Of a stretch of DNA of 64,000 nt, positions 26,611 through 39,223 are shown one piece after another. The translations under genes and the position numbers were made by a program. Origin of the DNA: Lama guanicoe. Taxonomy: Eukaryota. Below the pieces are notes generated by a model, which worked only from the letters and a program-made list of their open reading frames with translations, had not been told where the DNA came from and searched no databases. Location: contig MU056000.1 in NCBI GenBank assembly GCA_013239625.1, positions 13,219,175 through 13,283,174 on the forward strand, in the 5' to 3' direction. The number at the start of each line of letters is the position of its first letter. Position 1 is the first letter of the stretch.

Positions 26611-29600
26611 CTTCTATGCTTTAGCACATTTTCCACTTCAAACATCTTAGAAAATGATGTTTAATCTCTTATTTCAGAACTCATTCAATTGAAAAAATGC
26701 AACGCTAATGATATTTACAAGTTGCTTCAGTTCCTTTTAGCAATCATTTTGTAATTTATCATACTCTTTTTCTCCTTCTTTTGTGCAATATTTGCTGTTT
26801 TACATTTCAGAATATTGTCCTAGATACCTACCGTGTTGTGTCTGTGTGTGTCTGTGTGTGTACACGCATGTTTGAGTATGTGTTTATTTACTTCTAAAAA
26901 AAACTACAAAACCGTGGTTGAATTAGTTTTCTCCCCTTTATTGCTCAACTGCTTACCAATAGGAAAACAAAATCATCCTCTGGGATGTGTGTTGTGAATG
27001 GATTTGAGACAATGTAGTCATTTCGTTAAATACGATGCCTTCAAAAATTGGAGGCAAATAGGGAGTGGTAAACACGCATTCCTCCATGACCTCACTGTTA
27101 CATTATATGTTCCCATAGTAGTCAGTCTGTTTTAGACCAAATGATTCCAAATAAATACAACATATTGGAAAACAAGTAAAAATAATTGGAAAAACATTTA
27201 TGTCTAGGCTCAGGGAACTCTTATTCCTTCTTAAGGAACTCCAACAAATGTCTTACATGAAAGGCAATTCCAGTAGTTTTAGTATCAAGCTAGATAAAAA
27301 CTGAACTAGATCAGAAAACAGAGGACACAGAAACCCACAGAGCTCTGTATTGGGAATACCAATTCTGAAGTGGTAGTTACTGATCTTGGCAGATGTTTTC
27401 CCTTCTTTCATACAAGGACTTTCTACCACATTACATATTTTGATTAATTCTTATTTCTCTAAGTTTCTCCTAACACTCTGCATACTAGTTAGCAAACAGT
27501 ATGATGGAAATATTGATAATGACATTTGAAGTGCTTAAGAGACCAGGTCCGGAACATGCCTTGCTGATTGAGCTACTTCAAAGGCTAACCATCCTCTGCT
27601 ATGTCGTAGGTTAGAGTCCACTTATGCACGCTTCCATAAAACTGGTTATCCTGAAGGGTCTTTAAAATAATTACTCCATAAACAATAGAACACTATGGTA
27701 GATGGGTGGATTATGCAAACATGTATTTCCAGTTCAAGGTTAAGACATCCTGGGTGAGATTCTGAGGAATTAGAAAATTAAATCTGCATACAATATTTTC
27801 TCTGGGTTTAGTTAGAAGAACAACAGCTCAGCTAGAAACTAGCTTTCTATAACTGCTTGTAATTTTCATATGGCCATCCTCTTCAAGTACCAATATGGCT
27901 ACGCTTGTCATCTTTCTGTTTCAACAACCCACTGGATCAAGAAAGTGAATTACTGGTTTAGTGAGTCCAGTTGTTGTGTCAGGAAAATCTGCACAGAAAA
28001 TTCCACAGTCTTATGAAGATTTTGTTTGAAGTGGTTGCACTTATCTTTTTATCTTTTTCTTTAGAAATAACATCACGTGTGTTTAGAAAGGCTAAGCGTT
28101 TCTGAGTTTATTAAGTGTCTTGAGTAATCCCTGAGATGCACATTGTTTTTCTCACTCCTGGAAACCAGAGGCATGGGTGATTTATATTCCAGATTCTCCT
28201 TCTCTTACTTCACACCCCACGAAGCCACTTTCATAGGACTAAAAACTCTAACACTGATCTCTGTTCTCTTCCAGATTCCCCTAATGTACTAGCTCTTTAA
28301 TAATCCATCTCAGTTTAAGACTCTGGGTAGAACTCTCCCCACTTACTGTAACATAGTGAGTGTTTTTGTTTTTCACAACTGCATTATTCTGATAACTTCA
28401 GTAGCTATCAAGGCAGGAAAATGGGAATTATCCAGTTGGCCTCACCACATCATGTTTCTCAGAGGTCTTCTTAATAATATTTTGATTGTTATTTCTGACC
28501 TTTTAATTTCCATTCAGCATACAATATTTTCTCAGCCTCAATTTCTGACCTGTATTGAGACTTCTCAGATATACGTATTATCCTGAGACTTCTCAGATAC
28601 ACACATATATAACATATATTTTAGAATTGTTTTATCTGAATTACTATTACTAGATATAAAACATTGTTGGCTATTAGCAACAATAAATTATCCATTAGAG
28701 AAAGAATATAGTATTTTTCATATAGAAAGTGAATCAGTTGCATATTTTAAGGAGTAATTAGTTCCATAGACATTGGATTTCATTTACTCAGCATATAAAT
28801 GGGTTGATAGTTCAAATGAATTAGTGCCAAGTTGATTCAAATACCTCCTTATTCACATTTGTTCAGCCTTGTTTTGCTCATGTAAGGACATTTCCCCAGA
28901 TTCCAATTGGTATTCATCAAACATAATTTGCAGTCATTCCAAATGCTGATAATATAATGTAAAGAATCAGAAACTAGTACTTTCCTTGCATAAGTGAATG
29001 GAGTGTAATATTAAAGTTAGGACATATGTTTAAATACATCCCATTTTGTGTTTTAAAAGACATAACTTAAACTTATGAAAAATGATTACTTCTTTATAAT
29101 CTTCAAAATGATATTTTATCAATGAATAATAGCTTGGGTCATCCCTGGGGTTAGTGCTCTGATATTCAGTATAATAAACAGATACAAAGAATTCCTAAAT
29201 TATCCTTTTTCATCATATATTACAGAAAGTGCTTACACATGGCACACAGTCACCTTTTAAAATTTCACAAATCCTTTTGTAAGATTACCATCTTACATAT
29301 ACTTCCATTCATGGTATAAAACGAAAATTGATGATATGTAAATAATTTGGAAAAAAATTTGTGAATTTAAGCAGAGACTATTTTCTATTTTGATGCTCTA
29401 AACTGTTGTGGCCAAAAATCTTGATGGTCTTGTCCATATCTCAGCATGTCTGTAGTTTAGATATTTAAACATAAAATGAGAGGAATTTTACTTTTACTGT
29501 CACTCCGCACGTCCCACATAATTCCTCATTTCTTAGAATGAACAGTGAGTAGTAGGGGACCAGGGGCTGGAACTATTCCCCTGATTCCAGAGATCAGTTT

Positions 29601-32276
29601 GTTTCAAGAAACATTCTTACTCGACTATATGTGGAAGAAACATGCAAAGGAAAGACAGTGGGTGTGATTTCTACCATAAATTTCAGCAAATAAATGTCTT
29701 CTTGCTTCTGGATTATTAACAAATTTCTATAAAACCATTATTTTTAATACCTGAACAATTAACATATGGTAAAGAATATGAAAGTGAAATTTAAATAGAA
29801 GACACTGTGCTATAAACCAAAATTAAGCCCATAGCCAAGACATTTAATAACCTATCCTTCCCTCCTCTTCATGCAGCACTGAAACACAAAATACTCGCAT
29901 ATTACATAAAGAAATCAATTTACAAAATATTCAAAAGGAAACAAAATATCATAGAGAATCCACCAAGTGTTTCACACATAGTAACAAAGCAAAATATATT
30001 AAACTTCGGACTACAAATTTGCATCACTACAAGAAGTCTAACAATGCACTACTTACAAGACGGACGTCTCAAATAAGTTGACTCAAAGAAGGAAAAATTA
30101 AAAATCAAACATCACTCAGGCAAATTCACATCAGGGCACTGCAATATTAATATGATCCAAACTGTCATTCAGGATAAAAACATTGGTCAAAATGGAGAGA
30201 GAGAACTGTTAACAATGAATTTGTAAAAGCAATAAAATTCCAGTCAAAATATGTGAAGACATCTTTGGGAATTTCTCAATTCTTCTCTCTTCTAGTTGCT
30301 ATTTGATATTGATATGTATGTGGGTACTAATACGTAGGTACAGTTATCTTCCATTCTTCTTTATTCGCTACAGTGTCTGTTAAACAAATTCAGTTTGGGA
30401 TGTAAATAGATAATAATTTTACTCATTTCTTTATAAAGTGTTTTGAAACTCAGTTGAAGCTTTTAGTATCTCAAATCAGGGGAAAATAAAAGGAATAAAC
30501 ATTTGAAGCACCAGTTTGAAACCCTAGTGAAGTCAGAGAATGTAACAGAAATAGAATTGTTTGCACATCTTAAATGACATGGATCAATTAAATTCTTTTG
30601 CTTTTCCCAACAAGTTTAGGTTATCACATAGACTGATCTGTAGCATATAGTTAGTGCAAAAGGAAATTGTAGAAGCAAAAGGAGACAAATGATACATTTG
30701 GATCTAGCCCAGTAGATTGGTGGACGTTTCTATACCGCAATCTTTGGAAAAGTTAAAATGCACTCTCGTGTATTTTTAGAAGAACTAGGCTGACAGTGTT
30801 TATAATGGGAGGTGAAGGAACTGGATCAGATCGATGTGCTATGATCCAAAGTGCCTCAGCTCAACACTCCCAAGGGGCCAGTTAAAGTTTATAATCCTTC
30901 TTATTGTAGCGGTTATTTGAGAAATAATTGCTGGCATGGGGGGATTTCTTTATTGTTTTTTTGCTGAGCTAAGTAGATTAAATCAAGAGTGTCTCAAGTT
31001 TTTTTTTTTTTTTCCCCTCTATTTAAAGCAACAAATATATTCAGAATCTCCAGAATGTCAGTAGAACACTGGAGGCAGAAATACCTAACAGCGCTATTTT
31101 TTATTGTTCACCTGAACTCATGTTTATAGGTAACAGTCATTTCAAAGGTCGATGCAAGGGAATATGACCCAGTATATTATGTCCCTTAAAAGGCAATATA
31201 AAAGCCTAAGTAAGATATCATGATTAATATGCCACGTCCAATATGTCAAATCTAACGCTTAGAAAATATAGATTGCGCTTGTTTGACATGTCAATGTAAT
31301 TAAGTCAAAATTGTTATAACACACTGAGACCAAACCTGATTCTAATAGCCAAATTATAAATATGTATTTATTTTCAAAATGCATTTTAAACAAATACGTT
31401 TTTGATTATATATGCTTCTCCTATTTTTTTTTAAACTGTCATATCATCTATTACATTCAGGTAGCAAATCATTTTTCTCTGAATAACAGGTACATCATTT
31501 CAAAAGCTTTTTGAAAATGCTGTGTTAGGATTATTCAAATATTTTAATACAATAAATAGCTTTGAAGAGTAATGTTTGAGAATGATATACATAAATATGA
31601 TTCTTATAAAATTTTAACACTAAAATTTGATGAAGGAGAAAATGGGGCATTGTAAATGAGTTTTCATTTTTGTAAATATCACCTAAACATATCTGAAACA
31701 CTCAGGGAATATGGCCTTTCTAGTCAATTTACACCTTTAAAATCAACAGTGAGTGTTTAAATATTAAGATATACTTAAAAAGACTTTGAGAGTCTGTTAG
31801 GTCATCCATGGTTAACAAAATTTAAAAAAAATAGAAATCCAAATGTTCAATTTTTATAGTATTTCAGTTTTCAAAACTGGTTCACTGTCATTACCTTATT
31901 TAATTTCCCCAAACTTAAAAAAAATTAATATCAGAACTGAATCTAGTCTTTTTTTGGTGGCTTATTTTAATCATCCAGCTTGTCAATGGAGAAGCCATGA
32001 GGACAAGAACACAGCTCGGAATGTGCAATAAATAATATGATTTACTCTTGGACAAATAATATCATATTGAACTTCCCTTTGAGATCTCAAAATATTTTCC
32101 CAAGCATACTCAGTTCTACAATTCTTTTAGCTCCTGTACAGACTAGCCAATTTATCTCTAAATCTCACCTCTGCATCTTTTTCCTGTGGAACTCATTCCT
32201 CTTTTATTGGTCATTGAGCAACCTTGTATGATCATTGTTAGCTTACATATCTGCTGATTCTTTGAAAGAAGAGTAT

Positions 32277-32418
32277 GTCTGTTAAGTCCATCTGATCTAA
32301 CATGTCATTTAAGGCAATCTTTCCTTATTGATTTTCTGTCAGGTTGATCTGTCCATTGATGAAAGTGGATATTAAAGTCCCCTACTATTATTGTATTGCT
32401 GCTTATGTCTCCTGTTAG
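32277..32418 (-). mobile_element. L1 ORF2 endonuclease-domain fragment
   Basis: 'gatctgtccattgatgaaagtggatattaaagtcccctactattattgtattg' reads NTIIVGDFNIHFHQWTD on the minus strand, containing the GDFN motif. Confidence 0.88.
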
Positions 32419-32682
32419 AGAACTCTGAGGGTGTTTTTTATTCAATTTTATATATTAAATGTAGAACTTAGTGACTAAGGTATTTAATAAGTAAGTTAAA
32501 TGACTAAAATAAAAGATGCAGTGAAATCAAAACATGTTAGAGAATGTATCTTTTCCTGAGTAGAGATTTTAGCAGCCATAAATTCTGCCCATATTTACAT
32601 GCCTTATCCATTATTGAATTTCTACAGAGTACAGTGGATATGCACATTGAAATTTGGTAACTAATGGTTGGTAGCAGGAGTG

Positions 32683-33173
32683 GGCTCTTCAGGGTTAGAA
32701 GATTTGGTCCCTAAGGGTCATGCACCATTGTCAGATGACATAGTAAGGTTCACACTGGACTACAAACTAGTGCAGCCAATTGGGCACGTTGTCCTCATTG
32801 TGTCCAAGGAACCAGGCAAGAGGAGGAGCCCGTCTTGGTCGGGGTGACTGACCCTGATCAGCTGGAGAAAGTATAGCTTCTGTTATTCATTGAGGGCAGG
32901 AAGGAAATGTCTGGGGCTCAGGTCAGCCCCTCAGGAGCTTCTTGCTATTCCGTTTACCAATTAGGGCTGTGAATGGACAAGTGTGGCAAAAGGAGCCCAA
33001 GAAAGGTATGTTCGTCAGCGGCTCTGCTCCTTCAGGAAGGAGAGTTTGGATCTTACCACCAAGTAAGCCAGTCGACCCAGCAGAGGTGCTGGCTGCGGCC
33101 GACAGACTTAGACGGGATACTGGGTGATGAGTACCAGTGTGAAACCAAGAACAGCTGCAGCAATGGGAGCTGA
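32683..33173 (+). pseudogene. ERVL pol 3' end: dUTPase and C-terminal domain remnant, with frameshifts and stops
   Basis: Translates across frameshifts as GLEDLVPKG..DDIVRFTLDYKLVQPIGHVVL / VLVGVTDPDQLEKV*LLL / VNGQV..PSGRRVWILPPSKPVDPAEVLA. This matches the ERVL dUTPase (GVIDPDY motif) and the 'KVWVTPPGK.P.PAEVLA' tail. Confidence 0.88.
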
Positions 33174-33295
33174 ATTTGTCCTACTCATCTCCCTCTTCTA
33201 TATTTTCATCAAAAGAAAAAGCCCACTGGAACTCTGGGGGAAGTGTTCCTTCAGCATGTTTGTAGAAGTTCGTCTACGTGGCAATAGGGTGAGAC

Positions 33296-33733
33296 TGTGG
33301 TAACCGTGGAGATGCACCACTCGGGTCTTCGTCAAAGTGGTTCAGTTAACTGACAGCCTCCAGCCTCAGTGTCTTCAGGATCTTCCTTAGCTTTGAAAAG
33401 AGGTCACACTCTTTTCAGAAAGCCTGAGCCAATAAATGATAATGGGAAGTACACCACAAGCAGGCTATTTCTGTCTGATGTGCTGGACATTTTCCCTCCA
33501 GACTTCCCCACTGGAATGACTGTGCTGGACGTGGGTTGCAGTCCAATATCCTATCTGCCTAATCTTTCTTACTTCACCTTTTCTCATGTGTCAGATATGC
33601 ATATTTGTTTGAAGAATTTCCTTGCCCATTTCTCCTTCCTTCTTTTATCACTCATTGAGGTTCTCCCCTAATAAACTGTCTGGACTTTTAACTCCATTTT
33701 TATATCTGTTTCCCAAAGCATCCAGCTGACACA
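33296..33733 (+). mobile_element. 3' LTR of that ERVL (LTR33/LTR16-like)
   Basis: Purine-rich PPT-like AATAGGGTGAGAC then TGTGG; AATAAA at 33670-33675; ends CTGACACA. Confidence 0.8.
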
Positions 33734-33812
33734 TACATTTCACCAAAATTATAACTTATAGGAAATAAAAGTCTTAAGTTTTCACTTAATATACTATGAA
33801 AATGTTGCTGTT

Positions 33813-34201
33813 GTGTATTTTGGACTGAATGTCTGTATCCCTCAAATATGTGTATGTTGAAGCCTCTGCCTCCAGTGTTACAGTATTTGGAGATGGGGCC
33901 TTTGAAAGTACTTTGGGTTAAATGAGGTCATGAGGTTAGGGCCCTGGTATCATGAAATTAGTGTCTTTATGAGAGGAAATATGTCTCTATAAGGATGCTG
34001 TCATGTGAAGAAGAGGCCTTGTGATCACAGAGCAAACTGGTACCTGCCTACAGATCAAGAGAAGAGGCTTAAGAATAAAAGGTACCTTGCCAGCACCTTG
34101 ATCCTCTACTTCTCAGCCATCACAAGTGTGAGAAATGAAATCCTGCTGGTTAAGACACCCAGTCTATGGTATTTTGTCATGGCAGCCTGTGCAGAAACAC
34201 A
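33813..34201 (+). mobile_element. MaLR solo LTR (MLT1A-like)
   Basis: 'tggactgaatgtctgtatccc', 'gtatttggagatggggcctttg', 'cccagtctatggtattttgtcatggcagcc'. Confidence 0.92.
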
Positions 34202-37200
34202 GTGTGCATTATGGTTTAGAATTTGTTATCTCTATGAATGTTTTGTAGATTTTCTCCATTATGCAGAGCTACTTTCTCACAAATCATATGAAGTGCAGCT
34301 CTCCAATTCACACGAACTCTCTCATCTTTTCCTTCCATCACACAATATAAAACAGGAATGAATTATACACATTACACAGGAAAGGCTGTAATATATGATC
34401 TCAAGGATCAGAGCACTTATTAAGAGTGTTGTTAACAAAAATCAGATAAAAGACAGAAAAGAGCTCTTGTACAAATGCACATCAAAGCATATTTCTCAAA
34501 TGAATACTCTAAAGGCATTTCAGAGGCAGATATGTGAGAGAGTAATTGGAAGAGATACTCTGTTACTAAACTTTACTCCTGCAAAAATTCTCTCACATAA
34601 AACTAATTATGAGAAAGTGTCTTGCAAATAATATATACAAGTTTAATACTTTACTTTAAAATTGAACAGATTTGTATTCACTCAGAGTACACAAACTTTC
34701 TCAGTAAAATAAGTTTTACAAAATGGAACTTCTAGTAAGGAGGTAAATGAAAGCCACCAAACTTTCTATTCTGAGTAGAAGAAAATGTTTCATTCTTTCT
34801 TTCTTTTCTATTTATTTTTGTAAATTGGACAAGATTTATAATGGAAGAATATTTTGCACAATGAAACAAAACCTATGCAAATGATGTAAAACAAAGTTCT
34901 GTGAAGCAAATCAAAGCACCAAACATATTTTTCGTCTATGTCCAAATTGCCCTCCTGCTATGACTTGGAATTTATAATGGACAAAAACATAACGAACATG
35001 TATACATGCAAAAAAAAAAAACACTGCAGGAAATGCTGGAAGAAAGAGGCTTGTTAACCACCTTAAAAATAGCGGCATTTACTCTGACAATCTTCTACAA
35101 AATAGCCTTATTTCCATGCTTGTGCGAAAAACAAAATCATCAAAGGAGTCATCATTAAATACATGGAGAGGAAAACCTTGCAAGATTTGCAATTCTCCTA
35201 GGTAGAAATGAAAAGCAAACTTTGATGATTACCGTGAATATGACATTTTCTGGATAAACTCCATCAGAAACTATAATATTATAGAACAATACCAGAGTCT
35301 TAACCAAGAGGAATGAGCACTGGTTACTACAGTTCAGGAGAGCTGGTTGTGCTCAGATATAAAGTGAGATATTTTATAGGAAAGAGGGCCTGTTGATTGC
35401 TCACCTGAAAGCCATTTAACTGTCTGGCATCTATTACTTGTAGGAGCAAACGAAGAGAGGACAGCATTTTGAGTAGAGTCAGACCTTACAACATGTCCAG
35501 GTGGCCCAGTTATTGCATCCCTGGTTTAAAGACTCCCATCCAATATATTAAAAATGCAACTTAATCTGACTTGGAAAATTGTTATTTTTTTTTTTTCAGA
35601 CTGGATGAGAATTTGGCAAGATTCATGTAATAGAATGGTTGCTGTTTCTGCTAGAACTTTCTAAAATGGTACTGGGAAAGAAGAAAGGTAAAAAAAGAAA
35701 AAAAAGATCAAAAAACAAAAACAGTTCCTTTTAATTTTGAAATATTACCAATAAGAAAATTTGGCCAGAAAACATTTTAAATAATTTTTCCTAGCATACA
35801 GTATGTAATAGGAAGCTTCTGACTTATGATAACTAGAGTTTATTAAATGGACACAGGATACCTGTCTGTATTAGCAAAAAAGGCGGCACAGAAAATAAAA
35901 TAGCAAATAGATATTTCTCTATAACATAGCTTTGGGTGGTACTGAAATCTGGTGTTAAGTACTCTTGATTAGATATAATATAGCACTATGTTTAAAGTTT
36001 AAAAGTAAAGAAGACAGAGAAACATTAGGTAAAGAACATGTCATGAAACACTCATTCTTTAAGACTGATTCTTTTGTGTCAATGTTTGCTATGGAAAAAC
36101 AACTTTCTAAATATTGGTAATAAAACCAAAACCTCAATAGATAATGCTCTGTCCTTGTAGAATTTACAGAGTAGTGAGAAAAGTTGCTAAATTAAAATAA
36201 AAATAAGAATAAATTGTTAATGGTGACAATGAAGAATGGAGCCAGGACGGCAGTCAGAGCCAAATCCCTGAGGTAGGACATGATCATGTTTGACGGGGAA
36301 ACAAACAAATAAACAAACACACACAATCTCCCGCTGTGAAAAATATTTGGAAACTTCTAGAGGAAGCAATATTGAATTGGTTTCTTCACTGTAGGATCTC
36401 TTAAAACCATTGCTAGTCTAATACATGTCATAATTCCCCATAAGATGAGAGGCGTGGGGTCCTGCACTCCTCCAGGAATGAACAATTAAACTCTCTGAGC
36501 ATCTTACAACTCTTAAAAAAGATGTCTTTTTTTCTTAGGAGGAGAATCTTCTCAGTAGCACTCAGCCAGTAATTATCTCACAACAAAAGTGATGGAAGTC
36601 AGTGAGCTTCTCATCCAGAGGACACAAAAAGAAGCAGATCACAAAATGTAAGTAAAGTTACATGAGACTGAGTTTAGGATGTAGAGTGCATGGTAGGAAG
36701 TGATTAAAAAGGAAAAAAGATAAAGATTTACTAACTTTGGTCTGATAAGCCCTGGATTAATGTATGTTATATGGGAAGTAGGACGAATTTAATGACAATA
36801 GAAAATAGGGGCCAAAGCCTAACTTGTTAGATGATTGGGCCTGGGTTCTAGATGGACGACCTGGCAGTGGTCAAGTGCAAAGTGCCCAGCAGGCAAGGAC
36901 ATTCTGACTTTTCTTCACGTGTCTCTGCTTTGCTCACAATCACCAAAGGAGGAAAAGTCGCTTTGTCTCATCAGTGAGCTCCAGAGAAAGAATGAAAACA
37001 CGCTCAGCCTGGTGCTACCGACATGCCTTTAAATCTTTCCGCCTGCAGAGAAAACGTTTTGCTTTGTTTTGCTTTTTCTGTTTGCAGTCCTGTGAGATGG
37101 TCACGTGAGCAGTATTTACTCCTCAAGAAGAGGTCTGTGAATCCCTAGCTTTTTCTATGACCCGGTGAGTAAGCTATTTCTGGATGAAGAACAGAAAACC

Positions 37201-37829
37201 CATTGTGCCTGCCTGTTTCAGCAAAACACTCCAATCCAGCCTCCATCAACTGCACAGTTGACAGTTTTCTCTAACATTCTGATTTCTGTGACTCGTCTTT
37301 CAAGTTGGTTCTGAATACAAAAGGGGAAGAAAGCATGTGTTTGTCATCCATGAAATGATGACTCTACAGAAACATCAGTTCCCAGAACCCGACGATGTTC
37401 CGTAGTACCGTAGGGCCAGGAAGGTGTTCTGTCAGGAGCTGTGTGCCTGGACAACTCATATTTGGGAGACAATGCATGAATAATGAATGCAATAGCTATT
37501 TATGGAACATCTATTAAATGCCTATTAAATGTTGAACAATGGCATCTCTTTTAGTCTTCATGGTAAACAGGGAGAATTTTGGCACCAGAGAATGGATTAG
37601 TATTGAAGGTTTCTCATAGTCACCTAGGGAGCAGGGACACCTTGAAGTAGAAAGTAGCAATTTGCACACTCTACCTGGCTACACTTCCTTCCATTAGGCA
37701 CGCTGTCAGCAGAATCCATATTCACTGTCAAACCTGACTCCTCGGGGGGCTGTAAACATTTTTCATGGTTTCTAACTTTGTTCATCTACTTTCTATCACT
37801 GAATATAGACAGTTAACCACAATGAACAA

Positions 37830-38900
37830 ATACTAAAGAAATACTTGAATGTGGTAAAGGACAAAAACAAAACAAAACAAAACAAAAACACTCCAAGAAG
37901 ATAAAACAATCCAGAGAAATAAAGAGGTGATATGCAAAACAGAAGCACATTTAAGAGTGATTATAATTCATATGAACAAAGAAATTTGAAAGCGTATCAC
38001 GTTTATAACTAATAAAAAGTGGTCATGAGAAATAGTCAGAATTCTAGGAATCTAACAAGGTAATTTTGAATATTTAATCGTGAAACAAGTAATCACAGAA
38101 AATGTTTGCGGAAGAGTTGTCCCTGATGACTGCAGCAGTGAACTAAAGGCCAAAGTGATGAGATCAACTTGGAACATAACGCAAAGGAAAAACGAGAGGC
38201 AAGTGGTCTCAAAGAGGGGCGATGGAAAGGTTTCAATGTCTTTTCATACATCCAACAAATATCTATGAGGGCAGTTTTTATTTTAAAAAAGGCAATGAGG
38301 TAGGTGTCAAAAAGGTAACAAAGGTGATATTTGGGTAATGTTTTGGGGTATTGAGAAAGTTAAGGGATAAAGACAACAGGCCCCGTAAAGAGATTTGCCG
38401 GTTCAGATGAAAGATCAAAATCAAATTCATAATAAAAATAAGTTTCATTGAGCTGAAGATGTGACTATTCTGCTTAAAAGAGCCCATCTCATACCAAATA
38501 GGACTAATGAGAGAAAGAACACACCCCTCCCCAGTTACACATTAATGATATAAAAAGTCAAAAAAATTACAGTGAAAATGATGAAAAGTCTCAAAAGAAA
38601 AATGTCAAATTGTTTATAGAGCAGAAGGAATTAGAGTTGCAATAAGATTCTGCAGAATTTATTTCTAGGAGCTGTATGAGCACTAGAATCTGTAAGAGTG
38701 CAAAAAAGTCTCATATCTGAATAACTTCTAAGAGTAAAGTGTAACAAAAAATAAAAAAAATTTAACATAAGTTATGTGAGAAGTTTAACAACTATAAACA
38801 CATCTGAAAATTGTCTGCATATATTTATTCAGAAAAAAAACACAGGAAATAAGGAATGAAAATGTGAAATCCAAGAAACAGTGATAATCAAAGGAATTAT
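37830..38900 (+). mobile_element. HAL1 / ancient L1 ORF1-like remnant
   Basis: A-rich degenerate ORF1 motifs ('gagctgaag', 'aaaagagcccatc', 'ggaattagagttgcaataagattct', 'atccaagaaacagtg'). Confidence 0.55.
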
Positions 38901-38917
38901 TAAAAGTTAAATCTAAT

Positions 38918-39110
38918 TCAAGAGTCAGTCTAGATGGGCAAACATCTAGCTTTATCACTTTTAGTTGGATAAGCACTGTATCCTTTAGTGCCTCAGTTTC
39001 TGTATCTACAGATGGGAATAATTCTGGTCCTTAGCTCTGAGGACTATTATGTGCATTAAATGAGATAATATTGGAAGGCGTTTGTACAGTGGCTGATGAC
39101 TTGTATGTGT
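38918..39110 (+). mobile_element. MIR SINE
   Basis: 'gtgcctcagtttctgtatctacagatgggaataat...attaaatgagataat' core. Confidence 0.85.
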
Positions 39111-39125
39111 TATGTGTTGTGCCTG

Positions 39126-39223
39126 TTCCTCCTCTCCTCCTCCTCCTCCTCATCCTACTTCCCCGCCTCTTGCTTCTCTCTCTCTTCTTTCTTTTTTCCT
39201 CCTCCTCCTTCTTCTTGCTTCTC
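39126..39223. repeat. Polypyrimidine (CCT/CTT)n low-complexity tract
   Basis: About 100 nt that are almost purely C/T. Confidence 0.9.

Noticed and set aside
29820..30240. NUMT (A/C-rich strand skew)
   Set aside because: No mitochondrial gene motif; it resembles decayed L1 ORF2.
32942..33173. Domesticated retroviral gene
   Set aside because: Frameshifts and in-frame stops, and the dUTPase motif is degenerate (GVTDPDQ).
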